Shown here: in pieces, positions 1-10,343 of the stretch | Numbering within the stretch: the stretch's first letter is position 1 | How the letters are laid out: each line of letters starts with the position of its first letter | DNA from: a bacterium | Lineage (GTDB): Bacteria > J088 > JAWLBW01 | Length of the DNA: 64,000 nucleotides | NCBI GenBank assembly: GCA_041690355.1 | Contig: JAWLHK010000023.1 | Coordinates: 1 to 64,000, forward strand | Direction of reading: 5' to 3' | The notes under the pieces: generated by a model | Seen by the model: the letters and a program-made list of their open reading frames with translations, nothing else | What the model was told of the DNA's origin: nothing | Databases searched by the model: none | Position numbers and translations under genes: made by a program

Positions 1-811
1 CCACGCCGCCGAAGACGTCGACGACCGGGCCGGCCCCCTCCAGAAGTTGAAGAACGTGCTCGACGAGCAGGGCGTTGACGGCGAGGTTCACCTGGACGAA
101 CGCTTCGGGACCGACGCGCAGGGGGCAACCGGCCACCTCGTAGCGCAGCGCCGTGTCACCGCTCGCCGCCCCGGCCCGCCAGACGCCGCGGGCCCATGCA
201 AGCGCCGGCAGCGCCCCGCGGCCCCGCCCCCGCAGAATGGCCACCGGTCTGACGTCGTCGGACGTCGCCCGCAACTCGACCTCCTCGACGCCGTCGGCAA
301 GAAGCCGTTCGGCGTCGGCGCGCAGCGCGGGAAGCGCGGCACGCACGGGGGGCACGGCGATCAGGCAGTCGTCGATGGGGACGAAATCATGCGTCCCCTC
401 GGCATAATAACCGACCGCCCCGGCGCGCAGCTTCAGGGTGATCCGGCAGCGGTAGCCGGTGGCGATCGGTGAGGCCACGGGCGTCTCCCAGTGGATCGAG
501 CCGGGGAAAACCCGATCGAGTTCGCGCCCGACCAGGCCGGCCTTGGCCTCGAGCTGGCGGTGCTCATCCATGCGCATCCAGTCACAACCGCCGCAGACGG
601 CGGCATGGGCGCAAGGGGCCGCACGGTAGGGGGAATCGAGAATGGCCACGGCTGTCGCCTCGGCATAGGAAGCGCGGCTGCGATCCATCCGCGCGCGCAC
701 CCGTTCGCCCGGGAGCCCCCCCTGAACGAAGACGACCTTTCCCTCGATCCTGGCCACGCCGCGTCCGCCGTGGGCCAGCGCATCGATCGTCAGCTCGCAG
801 AGGTCGCTCAC
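1..811 (-). CDS. rlmD: 23S rRNA (uracil-5)-methyltransferase RlmD/RumA family, TRAM domain (3' end runs off the window)
   Basis: Manual translation from GTG at 811: VSDLCELTIDALAHGGRGVARIEGKVVFVQGGLPGERVRAR (TRAM domain), then CAHAAVCGGC Fe-S motif; GTGA overlap with nth stop; not in the ORF track because it is truncated. Confidence 0.85.
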   Translation of the reverse strand, partial: MSDLCELTIDALAHGGRGVARIEGKVVFVQGGLPGERVRARMDRSRASYAEATAVAILDSPYRAAPCAHAAVCGGCDWMRMDEHRQLEAKAGLVGRELDRVFPGSIHWETPVASPIATGYRCRITLKLRAGAVGYYAEGTHDFVPIDDCLIAVPPVRAALPALRADAERLLADGVEEVELRATSDDVRPVAILRGRGRGALPALAWARGVWRAGAASGDTALRYEVAGCPLRVGPEAFVQVNLAVNALLVEHVLQLLEGAGPVVDVFGGV

Positions 812-1485
812 CGGTGCACCGTGACACCGCGGCGCAGGCACAGATCGGCCAGCAGGCAGGTGCTGCAATGGGGCGAAACGGGCTTGCAGATTGTCTGACC
901 GAAGGCGACCAGATGTGAATTGATGGGCACCCAGAATTCGGCGGGCAGACGGCGGCGCAGAATCATCTCGGTTTCTTCGGGCGTCTTGCTGCGCAGATAG
1001 CCCCAGCGATTCGTGATGCGATGCACGTGGGTGTCGACGCAGATCCCCGGCAACCCGTGCCCCTCGGCGAGAACGAGGTTCGCCGTCTTGCGGCCGACGC
1101 CGGGCAGCGTGAGCAGTTCGTCCAGATCGCGGGGAACCTCGCCGCCGAAGCGGTCGACGAGCTCCCGGCAGACGGCCAGGATGTTCTTCGCCTTGTTGCG
1201 ATAGAAACCCGCCGGGTAGATGAGGCGCGCAATCTCTTCCGCGTCCAGGCGCAGCATGGCGCGCGGGTCGGTTGCGCGCGCGAACAGGCGCGCCGAGGCC
1301 GGCCCGGTGACTTCGTCCTTGGTGCGCAGGCTGATCAGAGTGGCGATCAGCACCTTGAACGGATTCCGCTCTACCTGCGCCATGAAGGTGATGACCGGCG
1401 CGTTCCAGGTGGGAAACGCATCCATCAGCCGGCGCATGGCGATGTCGATGGGAAACGGCGCGCGCGCCGCGGTGCGTGTCGTCAT
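808..1485 (-). CDS. nth: Endonuclease III
   Basis: HhH motif LPGVGRKTANLVL, VDTHVHRI, C-terminal CKPVSPHCSTCLLADLC 4Fe-4S motif; ATG at 1485 overlaps the upstream stop (ATGA). Confidence 0.95.
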   Translation of the reverse strand: MTTRTAARAPFPIDIAMRRLMDAFPTWNAPVITFMAQVERNPFKVLIATLISLRTKDEVTGPASARLFARATDPRAMLRLDAEEIARLIYPAGFYRNKAKNILAVCRELVDRFGGEVPRDLDELLTLPGVGRKTANLVLAEGHGLPGICVDTHVHRITNRWGYLRSKTPEETEMILRRRLPAEFWVPINSHLVAFGQTICKPVSPHCSTCLLADLCLRRGVTVHR

Positions 1486-2255
1486 TGCGGTCGGGTCCAC
1501 TCGTATGCAAGGATGCCGGCGGTCACGGCCACGTTGAGCGACTCGGCATGGCCGGGCATCTCGACGCGCAGGGCTCCGTCGGCAAGCCCGGCGGCGGCGG
1601 CGCGCACGCCGTGGGCCTCGTTTCCCAGAATGGCGGCGACAGGACCCCGCGGGCGAAAGGCGTGCAGCGGCGTTGCGCCGTCCATGGCCGTCTGCTGCAC
1701 CGTATAGCCCGCGGCACGGAGCGCCGCGGCCGCCGCAGCCAGCGGCCCGCGCACGACCGGCACGCGAAACAGGCTCCCCATGGTCGACCGTACGACCTTC
1801 GCGTTGAAGAGATCCACGCAGTCTTCGCTCAGGTAGAGCCCGCCCAGACCGAACGCGTCGGCGATGCGGACCATCGTCCCGAGGTTGCCCGGATCGCGCA
1901 CGCCATCGAGCAGGAAGACCGGCCGGCCGTTGGCCGGATCGCCGATGCTCCAGCTCGGCTTCGCCAGCACGCCGATCAGCCCCTGCGAGCGTTCGGTCTG
2001 CGAGATGCGCTCGAGCAGCGCGCGCGCGACGTGCACGCGCTCGGCACCGCGCTCGACCAGCGATGTGAGCAGGGTGATCGCGCGCGGCTCGGCATCGGCG
2101 GCGTCGGAGAAGTACACCTCGGTCACGGGCCGATCGCTGCGCACCGCCTCTTCGAGCGCGCGCAGACCCTCGACGGCGAAAACCGTTTCTGCCGAAGGGT
2201 CTTCGAGCAGCCTGCGCAGGCGGCGGATACGTTCGTTGGCGGCACTCGTCAGCAT
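1482..2255 (-). CDS. TrmH/SpoU family RNA methyltransferase
   Basis: LDGVRDPGNLGTMVR, ILGNEAHGV, ESLNVAV SPOUT motifs; start at MLTSAAN. Confidence 0.92.
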   Translation of the reverse strand: MLTSAANERIRRLRRLLEDPSAETVFAVEGLRALEEAVRSDRPVTEVYFSDAADAEPRAITLLTSLVERGAERVHVARALLERISQTERSQGLIGVLAKPSWSIGDPANGRPVFLLDGVRDPGNLGTMVRIADAFGLGGLYLSEDCVDLFNAKVVRSTMGSLFRVPVVRGPLAAAAAALRAAGYTVQQTAMDGATPLHAFRPRGPVAAILGNEAHGVRAAAAGLADGALRVEMPGHAESLNVAVTAGILAYEWTRPQ

Positions 2256-2407
2256 GTTCCCACTGTACCATCCGCCCCGGCGAAGTTCGAAGGACGCAGT
2301 CGCGTTTCCGGCCGGCAGATGCTTGATGGCCCGGGGTGATTGTGCTTGTTTTCCGAACCTCGAGAAGGTGGCGGACGTCGCCGGGAGCGCGCTAAAATGT
2401 GCGCCGC

Positions 2408-3901
2408 ATGCCCCCAACCGATCGTAAGGTCCTGCCGTTTCTCGCCGTCGGCGCCCTGCTCCTTCACGCTTGGGCCATGGGTTCGCGAGCCCTCTGGTAC
2501 GACGAGGTTACCACCTACGCCTTCGCGTCGAAGAGCCTGGCCGATCTGTGGACATTCCTGAATACGCATGACGTGCACCCGCCCCTGTTCTTTGCGCTCG
2601 AGAAATTCGCGCTCGCGCTCCCGCTTCCCGCAGAGTGGTCGCTGCGCCTGCTTCCACTCGGCGCCGCGCTCACCTGTATCCCGCTGGCTGAGGCCTTCGC
2701 GCGCCGCGTCTATCGCGTCCGCTGGCATGGCGCCGTTCTTGCCGCCGTGTTTCCGGGCCTCGTCATGTACGGCCAGGAGGCGCGAGCCTACGCACCGCTG
2801 CTGATGTTCGAGTTCACGGCACTGCTGGCGCTCGTGCATGTGCGCGAGCAGCCTGAAAAGCGCCGCTGGATTGCGCTGTCGGTCGCCGCGTTGTGGTGCG
2901 CCGCGGCCATGAGCTACCTGGCCATTCTCTTTCTGCCCGTCATCTCCGTTGCGCTGCTGCTTTGGACCCGGCGGCGTGGCTATGCCGTTGCCGCACTGGC
3001 GGCCGCCTTTCTGCTCTACTTTCCCTGGCTGCCGCGCGCCTGGGAAACCTTCTTCTCCACAGCGGCAGGGGTGGCGGGAAACCCTCCGCGGGCCCTCGGC
3101 CCCGGAAGCTACGCGCGCCTGTTCGCCATGCTCTGGGGGGGGCCGGTGCCGGCCGTGCTGGCGGCCGTCTTGTCGGCCGCAGCATTCTGGCGCGTGCGCC
3201 GCGAGCCTGTCGCCGGCCTGATCCTGGTTCTCGCCGTCGTGCCCCTCGCCCTTTTCACCGCTGCGCCGCCGCGCTATCCCTTCTTCCCCGCGCGGTATCT
3301 GATTACCTGGTCTGGCCTGCCCCTGCTGCTGCTCCCCGCGCTGGGCCGGTTGCGCCCGCTTGCCGCGCGCGCCGCCCCGGTGGCACTCGCGATTGTACTC
3401 CTTGTTCCGGCGGTCCGCTTTCACGCCGAGCAGCGCACGTGGAACCGGGATCTGGCCGCCATGGCCGCAGAGCGATTCGGCGATGGCGACATTCTCATCG
3501 TTCATCCCTACTATCAGTCGATTGCGCTCGCTTACTATCTCCCGCTCGACCCCGCAATCCGGGCGCGCATCCTTGAGAATCCGCTCATCAACTACGACGG
3601 AGCGGCCGTCCTTCTGAACGGCCGCAAGCAGATGGGGCTCACCTCGCCGGGCGCCTTTGCCGAACTCGCAGCCGGCATGGGGATCCGTGGGAATGTATAC
3701 GTCCTGGTATACGGCCCTCCACAACCGCCGATCGACCGCTGGCTCGTTCATCTGGCGCCCGTACAACATTGGGAGCAAGCCTCCCTGTACCGGCTGGTGA
3801 CCCGGCCGCGCGTCGATCCCCGATCGCAGCAGCTTCTGCTGGGGACGTTGCCGGTGGGACGTTGGGTACCCGCCGCGGCCCGGCCGCTGAACGCGCACTG
3901 A
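2408..3901 (+). CDS. GT-C fold membrane glycosyltransferase (family 39/PMT-like)
   Basis: LWYDE, DVHPPLFF, QEARAYA motifs and multiple hydrophobic segments. Confidence 0.75.
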   Translation: MPPTDRKVLPFLAVGALLLHAWAMGSRALWYDEVTTYAFASKSLADLWTFLNTHDVHPPLFFALEKFALALPLPAEWSLRLLPLGAALTCIPLAEAFARRVYRVRWHGAVLAAVFPGLVMYGQEARAYAPLLMFEFTALLALVHVREQPEKRRWIALSVAALWCAAAMSYLAILFLPVISVALLLWTRRRGYAVAALAAAFLLYFPWLPRAWETFFSTAAGVAGNPPRALGPGSYARLFAMLWGGPVPAVLAAVLSAAAFWRVRREPVAGLILVLAVVPLALFTAAPPRYPFFPARYLITWSGLPLLLLPALGRLRPLAARAAPVALAIVLLVPAVRFHAEQRTWNRDLAAMAAERFGDGDILIVHPYYQSIALAYYLPLDPAIRARILENPLINYDGAAVLLNGRKQMGLTSPGAFAELAAGMGIRGNVYVLVYGPPQPPIDRWLVHLAPVQHWEQASLYRLVTRPRVDPRSQQLLLGTLPVGRWVPAAARPLNAH

Positions 3902-3957
3902 CAGCAGGGTATTGGGATCTTCCGCTCGGGAACCTTTCGCCACCCTGCCGGACGCAC

Positions 3958-3985
3958 AAAAAAAGCCCCGGACGAATCCGGGGCT
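3958..3985 (-). terminator. Rho-independent terminator of lon
   Basis: Minus strand AGCCCCGGA-TTCG-TCCGGGGCT followed by a T run, 23 bp after the lon stop. Confidence 0.85.
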
Positions 3986-4008
3986 CACGTGGAGTTCTCG
4001 TTTCCGGC

Positions 4009-6486
4009 TCAGTGTGCCGCCGCAGGCGGGAAGTGGCCGAAGATGTTGATGTCCAGATAGGCCTCTTTGCTCTGCTTTTTGGCGCCCGGCGGAGCGTTCT
4101 TGCGCACCCGCGGCGCCTGCTTCTTGTCGAGGGCCAGATTGAGCACCTCGTCCATGCGCGCGACGTAGTGGATCGTGACCCCCTTGAGCACGTCCTTCGG
4201 AATCTCGCCCACGTGCGCCTTGTTGCGCTCGGGGAGGAGAATCGTCCGGACGCCGGCGCGCTTGGCCGCGATGACCTTCTCCTTGATGCCGCCCACCGGA
4301 AGCACCATGCCGCGCAGGGTGATCTCGCCGGTCATGGCCAGCTTCTCGCGCACGGGAATTCCGGAGAGCAGGCTCGTCAGCGCCGTGAGCAGCGTGACGC
4401 CGGCGCTGGGCCCGTCTTTGGGAATCGCCCCGGCCGGCACGTGAATGTGCACGTCGATGTCGTCGAAGATATCTTCGTTGACGTGAAACTCGCGCGCCTT
4501 GCTCTTGATGTAACTCATGGCGGCCTGGGCGCTCTCTTTCATGACATCGCCGAGCTGGCCGGTGAGATGCAGGTTCCCCTTACCCTTCATCTTGGTGGCC
4601 TCGATGAAGAGAATGTCGCCGCCGACCGGCGTCCAGGCCAGCCCCACGGCCACACCGGGAACCTGGACGCGCTCGACGATGTCGGGGTAGAACTTGCGCG
4701 GACCGAGGTAGTCGGGGATGTCGGCGCCAGCAATCTTCACGCGCCCCTTCTTGCCCTCGGCCACCCGCTTGGCGACCCCGCGGCAGACGGCCGCGATCTC
4801 GCGCTTCAAGCTGCGTACGCCGCTTTCCTTGGTGTAGCCTTCGATGATCTCAGACAGGGCGTCATCCTGAAGATCGAGATTCTTCTCGGTGAGCCCATGC
4901 TCCCTGATCTGCTCGGGAAGCAGGAAACCGCGGGCGATCTGCGCCTTCTCTTCCTGGGTATACCCGGGCACCTCGATGATCTCCATGCGGTCGCGCAGCG
5001 GGGCCGGAATCGTGTCGAGCTGGTTGGCCGTCGCAATGAAGATGACCTTCGACAGATCGTACGGCACCTCGAGGTAATGATCCTGAAAGGCGTTGTTCTG
5101 CTCCGGATCGAGCACCTCGAGCATGGCCGAACTCGGGTCGCCGCGAAAGTCGCTGCCGAGCTTGTCGATTTCGTCGAGCATGAAGACCGGATTGCCGCTG
5201 CCGGCCCGCTTCATGCCCTGGACGATGCGCCCCGGAAGGGCGCCGACGTAGGTGCGCCGGTGTCCGCGGATCTCGGCTTCGTCGCGCACCCCGCCCAGGC
5301 TCATGCGCACGAACTTGCGCCCGAGCGCCTGGGCCACACTCTTGCCCAGCGAGGTCTTGCCGACTCCCGGCGGGCCGACGAGGCAGAGAATCGGTCCCTT
5401 CAGATCCTTTTTCAGCTTGAGCACGGCCAGGTATTCGAGAATGCGCCGCTTGACCTTTTCGAGGCCGTAGTGGTCGGCATCCAGAATCTTGCTTGCCGCG
5501 TTGATGTCGAGATGGTCCTCGGTGAACTTCTCCCAAGGCAGCTCGACCATCCAGTCGAGGTAGGTGCGCGTGATGGCGTGCTCCGGAGAGTGGGGCGATA
5601 TCCGCTCCAGCCGGTGCAGCTCCTTGAGCGCCACCTTGCGGGCGTGCTCGGGCATGGGCGCCTTCTCGATGTTCGAACGCAGCTCTTCGGCTTCGTCCTG
5701 CTCGTCCTCGAGTTCTCCCAGCTCTTTCTTGATGACCTTGAGCTGCTCGCGCAGGTAGTATTCGCGGTGGCTCTTGTCGATCTCGCCCTTGACCTGGCTC
5801 TGAATCTTGTTCGACAGCTCGAGGACGTGAATCTCCTTGAGCAGGTGGTCGGTCACCTTCTTGAGGCGTGCGTTCGTCGACAGCGTCTCGAGAATCTCCT
5901 GCTTCTCGGGTACGCCCAGCTTCAGATTGCTCGCGATCAGGTCGGCGAGGATGCTCGGGTTGTCGAGATTCTGGACCACGAAGGCGGCCTCTTCGGGCAC
6001 GGCCGGCGACAGGTCGATGGCCCGTTTGGCCATGTTCTTGAGATTGACCATCAAGGCCTCGGCCTCGATGGAATTCTCGGTCGTCTCGTGGATGACTTCG
6101 ACCGCCACCTTCACGAACGGCTCTTTGCCCAGGAAATCCTTCACGCGGAAGCGGGTGAACCCCTGGACAACGATGTTCTGCGAGCCGTCGGGCAGCTTGA
6201 TGAGCTTGAGAATCTTGGCAATGACGCCGACTTCATAAAGATCGTCGCGGTCCGGATCTTCGGTCTCCGGGTCGCGCTGGGTGATGATGCCGATAATCTT
6301 GCTCTGCAGCAGGGCCTCTTCGAGGGCCGCCAGGCTCTTCTCACGTCCCACCGTGAGCGGGATGGTCAGCACCGGGAAGACAACCGTGTTTCGCAGCGGG
6401 ATGATCGGGATTTCCCGGGGGAAGTCCCCGGCGAACTCGCCGCGCAAATCCCGCTCAATCATCTCCTTGTTGACACTTTCTTCCAT
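4009..6486 (-). CDS. lon: ATP-dependent protease La (Lon)
   Basis: N-domain IIPLRNTVVFP, Walker A GPPGVGKT, PKDGPSAG catalytic Ser, GGIKEK; SD AAAGGA before ATG 6486. Confidence 0.97.
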   Translation of the reverse strand: MEESVNKEMIERDLRGEFAGDFPREIPIIPLRNTVVFPVLTIPLTVGREKSLAALEEALLQSKIIGIITQRDPETEDPDRDDLYEVGVIAKILKLIKLPDGSQNIVVQGFTRFRVKDFLGKEPFVKVAVEVIHETTENSIEAEALMVNLKNMAKRAIDLSPAVPEEAAFVVQNLDNPSILADLIASNLKLGVPEKQEILETLSTNARLKKVTDHLLKEIHVLELSNKIQSQVKGEIDKSHREYYLREQLKVIKKELGELEDEQDEAEELRSNIEKAPMPEHARKVALKELHRLERISPHSPEHAITRTYLDWMVELPWEKFTEDHLDINAASKILDADHYGLEKVKRRILEYLAVLKLKKDLKGPILCLVGPPGVGKTSLGKSVAQALGRKFVRMSLGGVRDEAEIRGHRRTYVGALPGRIVQGMKRAGSGNPVFMLDEIDKLGSDFRGDPSSAMLEVLDPEQNNAFQDHYLEVPYDLSKVIFIATANQLDTIPAPLRDRMEIIEVPGYTQEEKAQIARGFLLPEQIREHGLTEKNLDLQDDALSEIIEGYTKESGVRSLKREIAAVCRGVAKRVAEGKKGRVKIAGADIPDYLGPRKFYPDIVERVQVPGVAVGLAWTPVGGDILFIEATKMKGKGNLHLTGQLGDVMKESAQAAMSYIKSKAREFHVNEDIFDDIDVHIHVPAGAIPKDGPSAGVTLLTALTSLLSGIPVREKLAMTGEITLRGMVLPVGGIKEKVIAAKRAGVRTILLPERNKAHVGEIPKDVLKGVTIHYVARMDEVLNLALDKKQAPRVRKNAPPGAKKQSKEAYLDINIFGHFPPAAAH

Positions 6487-6613
6487 TCTTGGTTCCTTTC
6501 TGCCGTTTAATCTAATCCCTGTTCTGCGCCTTTGCAAGGAAGCGCAGCCGCAATCGCGTTTGGCCGGAGTTTGACCCGTCGGTAACTGCATGATAATGTA
6601 AGGGAAATCTACC

Positions 6614-7372
6614 ATGCTACCCCCCTCCAGCCCGGCGCCCGCTCCTTCCGGCGCTCCCCTCCGAAGGGAGCTCAAGGGGAATCTGCGGGACGTCCCGCTT
6701 TCGGTCATCCTGCTGGCGGTGCACGAGCGGCGGCTGACCGGGGAGCTGACCTTTCGCCGGGGCGATGACGCCGTCAGCCTCGAGCTTCTCAACGGCGAAG
6801 TGCTTTTCGCAAATTCCAACGATCCGGCCACGCGCCTCGGCGAGTGGCTGCTCATGCACGGCAAGATCACGGTCGCCGACTACGAAGGCAGCGTGCGGCT
6901 GCTCAAGGAGTCGCACGAACGCCAGGGTACGATTCTGCTGCGGATGGGGCTTTTCCCCCCGCTCGATCTCGAACGCTACATCCGCCAGCAGGTCGTCGAC
7001 CTCGTGCTCGGGCTGTTTGCCTGGCCGACCGGTGAGTACTGCTTCACGCCGCAGGATGCCCGGGTCGAGACGGTTGCGCTCGACATCAGCATCACCGAGC
7101 TCATCGTGCGCGGGATCGGGCGCATGCAGAACTGGCCGCTCGTGCAGCGCGGGCTGCAGCCGTACAGCGATGTGCTCGAAATCAACCGGAAGTTCGACCT
7201 CGTCGAGGCCAAGCGCGTGCGCCTGAGCCGCGAAGAAGACGCCATTCTGCACCTGGTCGACGGCAAGCGCACGGTCGAGGACATCGGCGCCGCCTCGCCG
7301 TTGACCCCCTACGTGACCTTCCGCACCCTCTTCGCGTTCAAGGCGGCGAACGTTCTACGCAAGAAAACCTGA
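6614..7372 (+). CDS. DUF4388 domain-containing protein
   Basis: LKGNLRDVPLSVIL...RLGEWLL...LFAWPTGEYCF pattern typical of DUF4388/PatA-N proteins of deltaproteobacteria. Confidence 0.75.
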   Translation: MLPPSSPAPAPSGAPLRRELKGNLRDVPLSVILLAVHERRLTGELTFRRGDDAVSLELLNGEVLFANSNDPATRLGEWLLMHGKITVADYEGSVRLLKESHERQGTILLRMGLFPPLDLERYIRQQVVDLVLGLFAWPTGEYCFTPQDARVETVALDISITELIVRGIGRMQNWPLVQRGLQPYSDVLEINRKFDLVEAKRVRLSREEDAILHLVDGKRTVEDIGAASPLTPYVTFRTLFAFKAANVLRKKT

Positions 7373-7375
7373 GGC

Positions 7376-9463
7376 TCAGGCCTCGTCGGGGCGCGGCCCG
7401 TACTCGTAACGATAGCCGTAGGTGTAGGCCCCGTGGCCCGGTTCGACCCCGTTCAACACGGCGCCGAGCACGTGCGCATCGACCTCGCTCAGCCGGCGGG
7501 CGGCCTGAGCGGCGAGTTCGCGGGGGACCTGGCCGGCTTTGATGACGAAGATCGTCCCCTGAATACGGCGGCTCAGTACGATCGCGTCGGTGACCGGAAT
7601 GACCGGCGGGCTGTCGAAGATGATGCGATCGTAGCGGCCGGCCAGCGCCGCCAGGATCTTCTCGAAGCGCTCGCCTTCGAGCAGCTCACTAGGATTGGGT
7701 GGTATCGGCCCGCTCGGCAGCAGATCGAGGTTTTCGATACCGGTTGCCTGCACCGCGCCGGCCAGATCGTCGCTGCCGAGCAGCAGCGTCGAAAAGCCGC
7801 GTTCGTTGGAGAGCTGGAAGGCGCGGTGCAGGCGGCTGCGGCGCAGATCGGTGTCGACGAGCAGGACGCGCTGACCCGCCTGGGCGAGCGCGATCCCGAG
7901 GTTCGCGCAGGTCGTCGACTTGCCCTCGAGCGGGGTGGCGCTCGTCACGAGCAGCGTCTGCAGGGGCCGGGTCGCGCCCAGAAAGGCCAGGTTCGTGCGG
8001 ATGGAGCGCATGCTCTCGGCAAAGGTGCTGAGCGGCTGCAGGTCGACCCAGCGGTCGCGTTCGTCGGCCGGCGGATCGTCTTCGAGCGCCGGGAGAACGC
8101 CGAGCTGCGTAAATCCCAGATGGCGCTCGATGTCTTCGCCGGTCTTGACGGTGTTGTCGAGAAATTCAAAGAAGAAGGCAAGCCCGACGCCGCCGATGAG
8201 ACCGACAAGCAGGGCGAGGCCCAGATTGATGCGCAGGTTGGGCTTGACGGCGACCGTCGGCCGTTCGGCGGCGTCGACGACGCGGATGTTGTTCGAGCGC
8301 AGGCTGGCCGACAGATCGGTTTCCTTGAGCCGGCCGAGCAGCACGTCGTAGAGCTGCTGGTTCTTCTCGGCCTCCTGCTGCAGGGCCATGTGATTGATGA
8401 GCTTCTGGTTGAGATCGAGGGCCTGGCGCTTGGCGGCTTCGAGCTCCCGGGCGAGCGAGACCTCTTCGGCATGCTTGAGCTGATACTCCTGGCGCACCGA
8501 CTCGAGGATGCGGTCGATCTCGCCGTCGATGCGCTGGGAGACAAAGCGGATCTGCTCCTCGAGGCGGACCATCTTGGGGTGCGCGAGGCGATAGCGGCGG
8601 GCCAGCTGCGAACGTTCGCGCTCGAGCTCGACCAGATTCTGCTTGAGGTTCTGCACGAGCTGATTCGTAAGTACGGCCATGACCGCCTCGCGATCGCCGC
8701 CGGCCTTGAGCATGGCGCTCAGCTTCTTCCAGCGCGCCTCGAGTTCGACACGCTCGGTGTGTACGCGCGAAAAAGCGGTGTTCAGATCAGTCAGCTTCTG
8801 CAGGGCGAGGTTGTGGCGATCGTCCAGGCCGACGATCTTGTGCGCGCTCTTGAATTCGTACATCGCCCGCTCGCTCTCGACGACCTGATTCTTGAGCTCG
8901 GTCAGTCTGCGTCCCAGCCATTCGACCGCCTGCTGCGTGATCTCGACGCGCTGGTTCAGGTTCTCTTCGATGTAGACCTCGGCGACCGTGTTGGCCACGC
9001 GGGCGGCCTGCTCCGGATCGGGGTCGTGGTAGGCGATCGTGACCAGCTGGCTCTCTTTGACGGGAAGCACCTCGAGATTGGCGAGCAGCGTCTGGGGCGC
9101 CATGGGAATGATGCGGCCGTCACGCGTCTCCTGGGTGAGGCCGAGGCGATCGACGACGCGCCGGGCGATCGTCACGCTGCGGATGATGCGGTTCTGCGTG
9201 TTGTAATAGTCCTGCCACATGTAATAGTTCGCGACGCCGACCTCCTGCACTTCCTGGATGTTCAGGACTTTGGGCTTGTCCGGCAGAATGGCAATCGTCG
9301 TCATCGCCCGGTGAATCGGCGTCTGGCTGAGCGTGCCGAGCAGTACGACGGCAAGGAGCACGACAAAGAACGTCACGACGACCCAGCGCCGCTTGCTGAC
9401 GACGGCCCACAGGTCGCGCAGATGGAATGCTCCCTCGGCAGCCGATTCGGAAACTTCTCCCAC
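7376..9463 (-). CDS. wzc: Polysaccharide co-polymerase / BY tyrosine kinase (Wzc/GumC family)
   Basis: Two TM segments flanking a coiled-coil periplasmic domain, Walker A PLEGKST, VDTDLRR, IIFDSPP, C-terminal Tyr cluster AYTYGYRYEY; GTG start with GGGGAGA SD. Confidence 0.92.
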   Translation of the reverse strand: MGEVSESAAEGAFHLRDLWAVVSKRRWVVVTFFVVLLAVVLLGTLSQTPIHRAMTTIAILPDKPKVLNIQEVQEVGVANYYMWQDYYNTQNRIIRSVTIARRVVDRLGLTQETRDGRIIPMAPQTLLANLEVLPVKESQLVTIAYHDPDPEQAARVANTVAEVYIEENLNQRVEITQQAVEWLGRRLTELKNQVVESERAMYEFKSAHKIVGLDDRHNLALQKLTDLNTAFSRVHTERVELEARWKKLSAMLKAGGDREAVMAVLTNQLVQNLKQNLVELERERSQLARRYRLAHPKMVRLEEQIRFVSQRIDGEIDRILESVRQEYQLKHAEEVSLARELEAAKRQALDLNQKLINHMALQQEAEKNQQLYDVLLGRLKETDLSASLRSNNIRVVDAAERPTVAVKPNLRINLGLALLVGLIGGVGLAFFFEFLDNTVKTGEDIERHLGFTQLGVLPALEDDPPADERDRWVDLQPLSTFAESMRSIRTNLAFLGATRPLQTLLVTSATPLEGKSTTCANLGIALAQAGQRVLLVDTDLRRSRLHRAFQLSNERGFSTLLLGSDDLAGAVQATGIENLDLLPSGPIPPNPSELLEGERFEKILAALAGRYDRIIFDSPPVIPVTDAIVLSRRIQGTIFVIKAGQVPRELAAQAARRLSEVDAHVLGAVLNGVEPGHGAYTYGYRYEYGPRPDEA

Positions 9464-9488
9464 GGTTCTCCCCCCTGGCCGGACGGCG

Positions 9489-10343
9489 TTACAGAAAGCT
9501 CTCGGGCACGATGATGACGTCCTCGGGTCGCAGCTGCAGATCGGAGGCTTTGCCGCCGACGACGTCATCGAGACGCACGCGCAGCTTCTGCTCCCGGGAG
9601 CCGCTTTTGCGCACTATCTGGACTTTGCTCTCGGCGGCCTGATTGGTCAGGCCTTCGGCAAGACTGATGGCCTGCAGGATGGTCAGGCCGTCACGCCAGG
9701 GGACAATCCCCGGACGCTTGACCTGGCCGTACACGTAGACGCCGTCGGAGCGGGGCGCGAAGATGATATCGCCGTGACCGACGGAGATGTTCAGGCTGCG
9801 ATCCCCTTCTTTGAGCAGTCGGTTCGAATCGACCAGTACGGGTGCGGTTTCGCCGGTCACCCGCTCGGCCGCCGGCAGATTGCCCCCGCGAATGAGCACG
9901 AGGTTTCTGCCCGCCCCCTCGAGCACCCCACCGGCGCGCGAGACGAGATCGAGAATGGTTGCCGATCCAGTCAGGCTGTAGGGCCCCGGGTTCTTGACCA
10001 TGCCCAGGACGACGGCTCGACGGCTGTTGTACTCCTTGAGCGTGACGAAGACCTGCGGATCGACGAGGAAGCGCGAGGCCAGGGCACGCTGCAGCAGGCT
10101 CTCAATCTGTGCCGGCGTACGACCGGCCACACGGATGCGCCCGAGCAGCGGATAATTAATCGCCCCCTGACGATCGACGACCATTTCGCCGCTCAGATCG
10201 GGCTCGTCGAAGACGCGGATCGCGAGCACATCGCGCTCACCGACTGCGTACTCGGTTTGCGCCTCGTCGGCGCCGGCCGGGATGCCTGCGAAAAGACAAG
10301 CAAGGATGCAGAGGAGGCGCAGTCCGGTCGCAGCCAGTCTCAC
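9489..10343 (-). CDS. Polysaccharide export protein (OPX/Wza family, Poly_export + SLBB domains, short form)
   Basis: YAVGERDVLAIRVFDEPDLS...GAINYPLLG PES motif, two SLBB-like repeats, ends DVIIVPESFL. Confidence 0.88.
   Translation of the reverse strand: MRLAATGLRLLCILACLFAGIPAGADEAQTEYAVGERDVLAIRVFDEPDLSGEMVVDRQGAINYPLLGRIRVAGRTPAQIESLLQRALASRFLVDPQVFVTLKEYNSRRAVVLGMVKNPGPYSLTGSATILDLVSRAGGVLEGAGRNLVLIRGGNLPAAERVTGETAPVLVDSNRLLKEGDRSLNISVGHGDIIFAPRSDGVYVYGQVKRPGIVPWRDGLTILQAISLAEGLTNQAAESKVQIVRKSGSREQKLRVRLDDVVGGKASDLQLRPEDVIIVPESFL

Noticed and set aside
1486-2271. N-terminal extension of nth in the ORF track (487 aa)
   Set aside because: Overlaps the TrmH gene in another frame; the real start is the coupled ATG at 1485
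3769-6510. 913-aa plus-strand ORF
   Set aside because: Antisense shadow of lon; typical of high-GC DNA, no motifs
6524-6548. Hairpin upstream of lon as an RNA thermometer
   Set aside because: It does not cover the Shine-Dalgarno; no further support
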